Positions 25,293 through 27,545 of a stretch of 27,545 bases of DNA are shown here, piece by piece. Each line of letters starts with the position of its first letter. The first letter of the stretch is position 1. A program made the translations under genes and the position numbers. Source of the stretch: a virus (taxonomy: Duplodnaviria; Caudoviricetes). The notes beneath the pieces are model-generated. The model searched no databases. It was not told the origin of the DNA and was given only the letters and a program-made list of their open reading frames with translations. The stretch is from positions 1 through 27,545 of IMG/VR virus record IMGVR_UViG_3300033050_000026. One strand, 5' to 3'.

Positions 25293-25603
25293 TCTATAGA
25301 TTCTGATTCTGCCAAAATCATCATTTAATTAGTAGTTCTTGCAGATTAAGCCGTGATCGCATCAAAAACCACCCTAACGACCGTATTCGGTCTAAATTAT
25401 AATCGCTTACAGTGACACTCATAAGCTCAACATCAACACAATCATCAAAACATCAATCAAAACAATGCAACTAATAGACCCAAACTAACGATACTGTATG
25501 TCTATTCATGCCCTGGCGTGCCGCTGGCTGCATTATCTAATGATACCCCTGCCAATGGTATTGCTTTATATGTCACGTCGCACAGAAGGGCGCACAGAGA
25601 GAA

Positions 25604-26113
25604 TTAACCCCCCTTCTTGCTCAGCAAAAATGCTACCTGCCGCGCAGCCTTGTTAATATCAAAATCAGGAATAAGATCCTTTCCGTTAGCCCCCGTAACC
25701 TCCTGTATCAAACGATCCCCATACTTGGTGGGCTTGATCTTAGATAAATACCACTTCCTCGCATCAACCCTCAACCGAGACCGCTGTATGTTCTCAGCAT
25801 GCAACTTTAATTTTCCGCCGCTCTCAGCCTCTTTTTCAGCCATGTAATCGTTAGTGCCGTCGTCCGCTATGTCAAGTAACTGCTCAGCTAAGTAGTCCGT
25901 GCATTCGTCCTTAGCTTTTTCGTATGACGCCCTGAAGTCGTCCTTCTCTCTTAACCATCTAAAAAGTGTGGTTATTGCTGGCATGCCCTTCGTCTTGCTT
26001 ATCTTAGCCATAGACTGTCCTAGAGCAAGCTTTTCGCAGATTGTGTCTGACAGCTCTTTGCTGTAATCAGTGGGACGCCCGTTAGGCATACCCGTAAGCT
26101 GTCCTTTGCTCAT
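25604..26113 (-). CDS. terS: Terminase small subunit (Sf6 gp1-like)
   Basis: GRPTDYS..ICEKLA.G.S...MP...TLFRWL HTH; LDIADD; RLRVDARKWYLSK..P.KYGD. Confidence 0.92.
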   Translation of the reverse strand: MSKGQLTGMPNGRPTDYSKELSDTICEKLALGQSMAKISKTKGMPAITTLFRWLREKDDFRASYEKAKDECTDYLAEQLLDIADDGTNDYMAEKEAESGGKLKLHAENIQRSRLRVDARKWYLSKIKPTKYGDRLIQEVTGANGKDLIPDFDINKAARQVAFLLSKKGG

Positions 26114-26114
26114 A

Positions 26115-26486
26115 TTAGTGCCTTATCTTGCCGTGAGAAAATGATTCGAAACTTAAATGCTCTGCAAGCATAGCCATTACTACATCACCGACTTGTGCCG
26201 CGGCATATTCTGGCTTTACTTTTTGATTATATAAACTGTTTACTACGTGCCTGATTCGATTGCGCATTTTTGGCACAAACGATTCTGGCAGCACGACTGC
26301 GTCAGGGATTCTTAAGCCGCTATCCAGCTCCAAGCCTAGCTTTTCAATAAATTTGCCGACTTCAACGCTTTGCTTTGGCTCCATCGCTAATGCAGAGACG
26401 GGTCTGTCAAATACAAGCACTACATCGCCATTTTGCACATGTATGCCGACTTTATGCGTTACTAGATCGTCTGTTAGCTCTGTCAT
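26115..26486 (-). CDS. Hypothetical protein
   Basis: Start revised to ATG 26486 (ATGA overlap with the upstream stop); ends 1 nt before terS. Confidence 0.7.
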   Translation of the reverse strand: MTELTDDLVTHKVGIHVQNGDVVLVFDRPVSALAMEPKQSVEVGKFIEKLGLELDSGLRIPDAVVLPESFVPKMRNRIRHVVNSLYNQKVKPEYAAAQVGDVVMAMLAEHLSFESFSHGKIRH

Positions 26487-26782
26487 GCTGCTGTAATGCT
26501 TAAAATATGACCGGGGGTTACTGCAAACCACTCTTTTTGTCGAGCAAACAGCGGGGTAGCGTTAATGTCTGCAACTTGAGACGTTGGCCCAACATTATAA
26601 TAAGCATCTACGTCGCAAACAATTTGCACATAGCGAGACTCGACATTAAAAGCATCAGCATCAATAGTTGATGCAAATGACTCAGATTGTCGCGCAATCG
26701 CTGGTTCGCGCTGCATTTGTATTTTCTGCGTATCCTTGTCGTGCGGCAGCTGTGAGTACTCAGACATCCAAAATCTTGCCAT
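26483..26782 (-). CDS. Hypothetical beta-rich protein, first gene of the late operon
   Basis: SD GGAG; downstream of an extended -10 promoter. Confidence 0.75.
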   Translation of the reverse strand: MARFWMSEYSQLPHDKDTQKIQMQREPAIARQSESFASTIDADAFNVESRYVQIVCDVDAYYNVGPTSQVADINATPLFARQKEWFAVTPGHILSITAA

Positions 26783-26807
26783 TTTCTGCTCCAGAATTCG
26801 AGACTCT

Positions 26808-26816
26808 ATTATAACA
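26808..26816 (-). promoter_or_regulatory. Extended -10 promoter for the late operon
   Basis: Minus strand TGTTATAAT is a perfect TGnTATAAT, 25 nt upstream of the ATG; no clear -35. Confidence 0.65.
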
Positions 26817-26864
26817 TAATTGCAAATGGCTATCGAATATCAGCCCTCGATTGAATTAATTGTA

Positions 26865-26892
26865 TTGCGATTAACTGCAATGAGCGTATATT
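26865..26892 (+). promoter_or_regulatory. Sigma70-type rightward promoter overlapping an inverted repeat
   Basis: TTGCGA-16 nt-TATATT; ATTGC-N8-GCAAT at 26864..26881; followed by an A/C-rich leader. Confidence 0.5.
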
Positions 26893-26940
26893 AACAATCA
26901 AGCAACAAACACACTAACAAACAATAGAGAGATTAAAATT

Positions 26941-27309
26941 ATGAACAAACCACAAATAGTATCAATCGACGGCGTTGACTATGTTCGCGCAGACAAAAAC
27001 CCGGTAGCCCAGGAAGTTGATGGCATGAAATATTGCGTTGTTCGAACATATTCGGCGGGGGTACACATAGGGTACGTAGCTGAGTTTGGAGTTAAGCACC
27101 CGCAGCACGCGAAGCTCATAAACTCTCGTAGACTTCACCGCTGGAATGGGGCCGCCAGCCTTTCTCAAGTCGCTATGGATGGCGTTGATGCCAGCTCTCG
27201 AATAGCTATGACTGTTCCTGAGCTGGATCTAACAGACGTTATTGAAGTTATCACCTGCTCAGAAAAGTCTGCCGAGTTTTTTAAGGGGGTGAAAGCGTGG
27301 AAAAATTAA
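26941..27309 (+). CDS. DUF6948-like phage protein, copy 2
   Basis: Paralogue of 1937..2305, same length. Confidence 0.8.
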   Translation: MNKPQIVSIDGVDYVRADKNPVAQEVDGMKYCVVRTYSAGVHIGYVAEFGVKHPQHAKLINSRRLHRWNGAASLSQVAMDGVDASSRIAMTVPELDLTDVIEVITCSEKSAEFFKGVKAWKN

Positions 27310-27545
27310 TCCTATTTAGCATGAGAGATACTAAGACTGATGGCTTTGGTTCGGGCTCTCGCGATGGTTGCGGCTTTTGCTGTGGCGCTGGCCCTGGTGA
27401 TGGTTATGGTGATGGCCAGGGCGCGGGTTATGGTGCTGGCCAGGGCTCGGGCGCGGGTTATGGTGCTGGCGATGGCCAGGGCTCTGGCCCTGACCCTGAC
27501 CCTGACTCAGGCGAGGACTCGGGCTATGGCGATGGCGATGGTCAT
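27297..27545 (+). CDS. Gly-rich (Gx)n protein, copy 2 (3' truncated by window edge; not in the ORF track)
   Basis: GTG start with AAGGGGG upstream; MEKLILFSMRDTKTDGFGSGSRDGCGFCCGAGPGDGYGDGQGAGYGAG..., open to the end of the window. Confidence 0.7.
   Translation, partial: MEKLILFSMRDTKTDGFGSGSRDGCGFCCGAGPGDGYGDGQGAGYGAGQGSGAGYGAGDGQGSGPDPDPDSGEDSGYGDGDGH

Noticed and set aside
5822-26496. Numerous plus-strand and alternate-frame ORFs within late genes (e.g. 5822..6259, 16066..16440, 24896..25228)
   Set aside because: Antisense or nested shadows of well-supported genes, with no recognisable motifs.
1937-27309. Duplicated gene as a DGR template/variable repeat pair or as terminal repeats
   Set aside because: Differences are mostly synonymous and involve all bases rather than being adenine-specific. 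No reverse transcriptase is in the window, and the copies are too diverged to be terminal repeats or an assembly duplicate.
1-27545. tRNA/rRNA genes, integrase/att sites, introns/inteins, alternative genetic code
   Set aside because: None recognised by eye. TerL, portal and capsid are uninterrupted and of ordinary size under the standard code.

Overview
This is a 27.5-kb fragment of a tailed dsDNA phage (or prophage) genome with podovirus-type (T7/BPP-1/epsilon15-like) virion gene order. The host is a diderm, because Rz/Rz1 spanins are present. A complete minus-strand late operon runs from 26782 to 3887: two unknown genes, TerS, a 390-bp gap, TerL, portal, scaffold, major capsid, tail tubular A/B, three ejection proteins, tail fibre, M15 endolysin, holin, spanins, a membrane protein and a pseudo-receiver protein. 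Small plus-strand accessory genes flank the operon on both sides. Most notable observations: (1) a nested, repeated-motif RNA structure in the capsid leader with an alternative pairing that masks the ribosome-binding site, a candidate translational switch; (2) a two-gene cassette (DUF6948-like plus Gly-rich peptide) present twice, 25 kb apart; (3) a 2056-aa ejection protein carrying an ADP-ribosyltransferase-like insert next to a HExxH motif; (4) a PagL-like half-barrel protein; (5) a receiver domain lacking its phospho-Asp; (6) an IHF-consensus site and short repeats between terS and terL. All product calls come from recognising motifs and gene order by eye. No database search or folding program was run.
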